Source: Longimicrobiales bacterium (GTDB lineage: Bacteria; Gemmatimonadota; Gemmatimonadetes; Longimicrobiales; Gaopeijiaceae). Taken from it: 64,000 bases of DNA. The DNA lies in assembly GCA_965248195.1 (NCBI GenBank), contig CBDFIQ010000001.1:864001-928000 (forward strand), written 5' to 3'. The position numbers and the translations under genes were made by a program. Below are positions 61,732 to 64,000 of the stretch, one piece after another (positions within the stretch are counted from its first letter, which is position 1; every line of letters starts with the position of its first letter). Below the pieces are notes generated by a model, which made no database searches, had not been told where the DNA came from, and saw only the letters and a list, made by a program, of their open reading frames with translations.

Positions 61732-64000
61732 TTAGAAGTTGTATACGACGCGTAGGTACGTCATTCCACCGTGATAGCTGATCGGCGACCGGCGCGGGTA
61801 AGGCATGCCCTGTGACAAGCGCGTCGCGATCTCGTCGGGGAAATTGTTGAAGAGGTTGTTGGCTCCGCCGACCACGCTGAAATTCTCGTCGATCTGGTAG
61901 CTGAGCTCCGCGTCGATCAGAACCTCGGCGCCAACCACCTCTTGCTCGCCGCGTTCGTCAATGGTTCCGCTGTAGTAGTTGCCCCGGAGCGTCGCAGAGA
62001 ATTGCTCGCCGAACCCTTCGGTCACCGAAAGCGTGGCCCGGTGCTTGGCCAGATTGTTCTCGATGTTGAAAATCAGGCTGGCAGACACGGGGTCCACGCC
62101 ACCCACCTGCCGTTGTGTGAGAACTGTCGTCTCGTTGTAGTTGTACGCCAGACTGACGTCCGTCCTGTTGCCATCGCCCCATAACGTGTTGTAGACCCCG
62201 ACGACATCCAAACCGTCGGTCCTGGTATCGAGCGCGTTCGTGTAGAACGCGACCTCCGAGAACTCGGGATTTCCCGCCACAGGAAGCGATCGGGACTTGA
62301 TGATCCGGCTGTCGACGTCGATACGGTACGCATCGACGGTCACACTGAAGGCGCGGGTGGGCCGGGCGGTGACACCAAAGGTGACATTGACCGCGTCTTC
62401 CGGTTCCAGCGCCTGACCACCCAGGGAAACGGCGAGCGCGCTGGTCGGACGCACGGTGCCTTCCTGAACCTGCATGCCGGTCACCCCATCGAACGACGTG
62501 ACAATGCCCGTGAAATTCGACTGGCCGGGGGTCGGCGCGCGGAAGCCCGTGTTGACCCCGCCACGTAATGCGAATTCGTCCGAGGGCGAGTAGCGCGCCG
62601 CCACTTTACCGTTGTAGGTCGTGCCGAAATCGGAGAAGTCTTCAAAACGGCCGGCGACTTGCAGAAGGAACTCCTCAGTGAGGTCAAATTCGACCTCGGC
62701 GTAGGCGGCATAATTTTGGCGGTCGAAGATACCAGCGGCGTCCGGATTCGTGCCGGGCATGCCGTTGGCTGCCAGGCCCGGAGCCCCGTAGGCCATCCCG
62801 GTTACCGGATCCGTGAGTAGGGCTACGTCGGCCCATGGACCGGCCAACCACGCTTCCTTCTGCCCGAGGAACATCTGGTACACCTCTTCACGCCACTCAA
62901 AACCCCAAGCCAGATTGACGACCTCGGAGGCCAGGTAGGAGAAATCCGCGTTGAGGTTGGTTTCCTCTTGCCTCAGGTCACCAATATTGAAATTGAATGG
63001 GGAGTTGGGCCCCCAGGAGAGGTTCAGCGTCCCGAGGAGCGTGTATACGATCTTGTTATTCCCGTGGCTCACGCTCAGGTCGTAACCGAGGCCGCTGTCG
63101 AATTCGCCCCTGAGACCGAGCACTCCACTGAAATCCTGAGCGTCTCCTTCGAGACGCGGCGTAAATCCTGCCGGGAACTGATCGCACCAGCAAAAATTCC
63201 CTTGGGACGGATCCGCGGGGTTCAAGGGGATCGGCGTCAGGGCACCCTCCCGGCCCGGCGGGCGGAAGAAGAAGCTGTAGTTGCCATAGGTGTCGGCGAA
63301 ATTACCAAAGCTATAGGCTTCAGCTACATCGCTCAGCGTCAATCCGGCATTCCAAATCCCCCGAAAACCGCTGCTCTTGGGACGCCCCCAATTCATGGCA
63401 GGATTCTGGACATCGGGAACACCGATAGCGTCGGCATGCTGAACACCGCGGGAGAGCTCGGGACTGTCGGAAAACTCGGCGCTCAGGTTGAGGAAGCCGT
63501 TTTCGGTGAGCGGCAAGCCTACGTTGCCGGCGATGTTCGTATCGTTTTCGCCTTCGTACCACTGACCGGTCTGGGCCTGCAGCTGAACGCCCTCGGATGC
63601 GTCCTTCAAGATGAAGTTCATCACCCCGGCAATCGCATCCGACCCGTACTGGGCCGCGGCGCCATCACGCAAAACCTCCAGCCGCTGCAACGCGATACTG
63701 GGGATCATGCCGACATCGACGGCGTGGGCACCCACGTTCATCGCCGCACCGAAGTGCGAGATCAACGCGGACCGATGGCGGCGCTTCGAGTTCACGAGGA
63801 CCAGGATATCGTCCGGCGGGAGGCCGCGTAGCGATGTGGGCCGCACGAATGCGGCGCCGTCACCCGTCAACGGGGTGGCGGTGTAGGACGGCACCAGGTT
63901 CTTCAACGTCTCGGTCAGATCACCGTTGCCTTGACGCGCCAACTGCATGGCCGGGAGTACATCGATCGGCGTGGGAGATCTCAACACCGAGCGGGGCGCG
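61732..64000 (-). CDS. TonB-dependent receptor (5' end beyond the window)
   Basis: Plug motifs LRGLPPD..LVLVN and EVLRDGAAAQYGSDAIAGVMNFILK; barrel motifs GFRAP and NLFN; terminal YNF. Confidence 0.93.
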   Translation of the reverse strand, partial: APRSVLRSPTPIDVLPAMQLARQGNGDLTETLKNLVPSYTATPLTGDGAAFVRPTSLRGLPPDDILVLVNSKRRHRSALISHFGAAMNVGAHAVDVGMIPSIALQRLEVLRDGAAAQYGSDAIAGVMNFILKDASEGVQLQAQTGQWYEGENDTNIAGNVGLPLTENGFLNLSAEFSDSPELSRGVQHADAIGVPDVQNPAMNWGRPKSSGFRGIWNAGLTLSDVAEAYSFGNFADTYGNYSFFFRPPGREGALTPIPLNPADPSQGNFCWCDQFPAGFTPRLEGDAQDFSGVLGLRGEFDSGLGYDLSVSHGNNKIVYTLLGTLNLSWGPNSPFNFNIGDLRQEETNLNADFSYLASEVVNLAWGFEWREEVYQMFLGQKEAWLAGPWADVALLTDPVTGMAYGAPGLAANGMPGTNPDAAGIFDRQNYAAYAEVEFDLTEEFLLQVAGRFEDFSDFGTTYNGKVAARYSPSDEFALRGGVNTGFRAPTPGQSNFTGIVTSFDGVTGMQVQEGTVRPTSALAVSLGGQALEPEDAVNVTFGVTARPTRAFSVTVDAYRIDVDSRIIKSRSLPVAGNPEFSEVAFYTNALDTRTDGLDVVGVYNTLWGDGNRTDVSLAYNYNETTVLTQRQVGGVDPVSASLIFNIENNLAKHRATLSVTEGFGEQFSATLRGNYYSGTIDERGEQEVVGAEVLIDAELSYQIDENFSVVGGANNLFNNFPDEIATRLSQGMPYPRRSPISYHGGMTYLRVVYNF

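Overview
High-GC bacterial chromosome segment. The gene content (conserved hypotheticals, expanded soluble PQQ beta-propellers, M28 peptidases, PIG-L/SSS module) suggests Gemmatimonadota, probably a marine lineage; this is inference. Left to right: (1) a 5' fragment of a PLP alpha-oxoamine synthase and tRNA-Asn(GTT). (2) An IS-damaged, locally AT-richer block (~0.9-10.7 kb): a Wza-like export lipoprotein split by an IS3 element (3-bp TSD; the gene rejoins in frame), a degraded conserved hypothetical, an unannotated 20-aa hydrophobic peptide gene with a perfect Shine-Dalgarno just upstream of a multi-TM HD-GYP phosphodiesterase, and a BTAD/STAND-ATPase/TPR regulator decapitated by an IS256 that has no TSD. 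(3) Core-type genes: queG, GT2, cytochrome-c/Cu-monooxygenase plus partner, MazG-like, MDR, queE, Nudix, TolB-like, M28-PDZ, a GyrA/ParC lacking the GyrA box, ECF sigma/anti-sigma, CPBP protease, SufT. (4) A cyclic-nucleotide cluster around pfkA. (5) Four tandem secreted PQQ dehydrogenase-like paralogs (one a pseudogene, three with Asp->Asn at the catalytic base) with an embedded haloalkane dehalogenase. (6) A nonsense-split outer-membrane protein, a type III PKS triad, a lectin-like protein, a small membrane protein + SSS + PIG-L module, an NSS transporter and a TonB-dependent receptor. The best candidate for an undescribed system is the peptide / membrane HD-GYP signalling module at ~3.7-5.9 kb. 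No CRISPR array or rRNA was seen.
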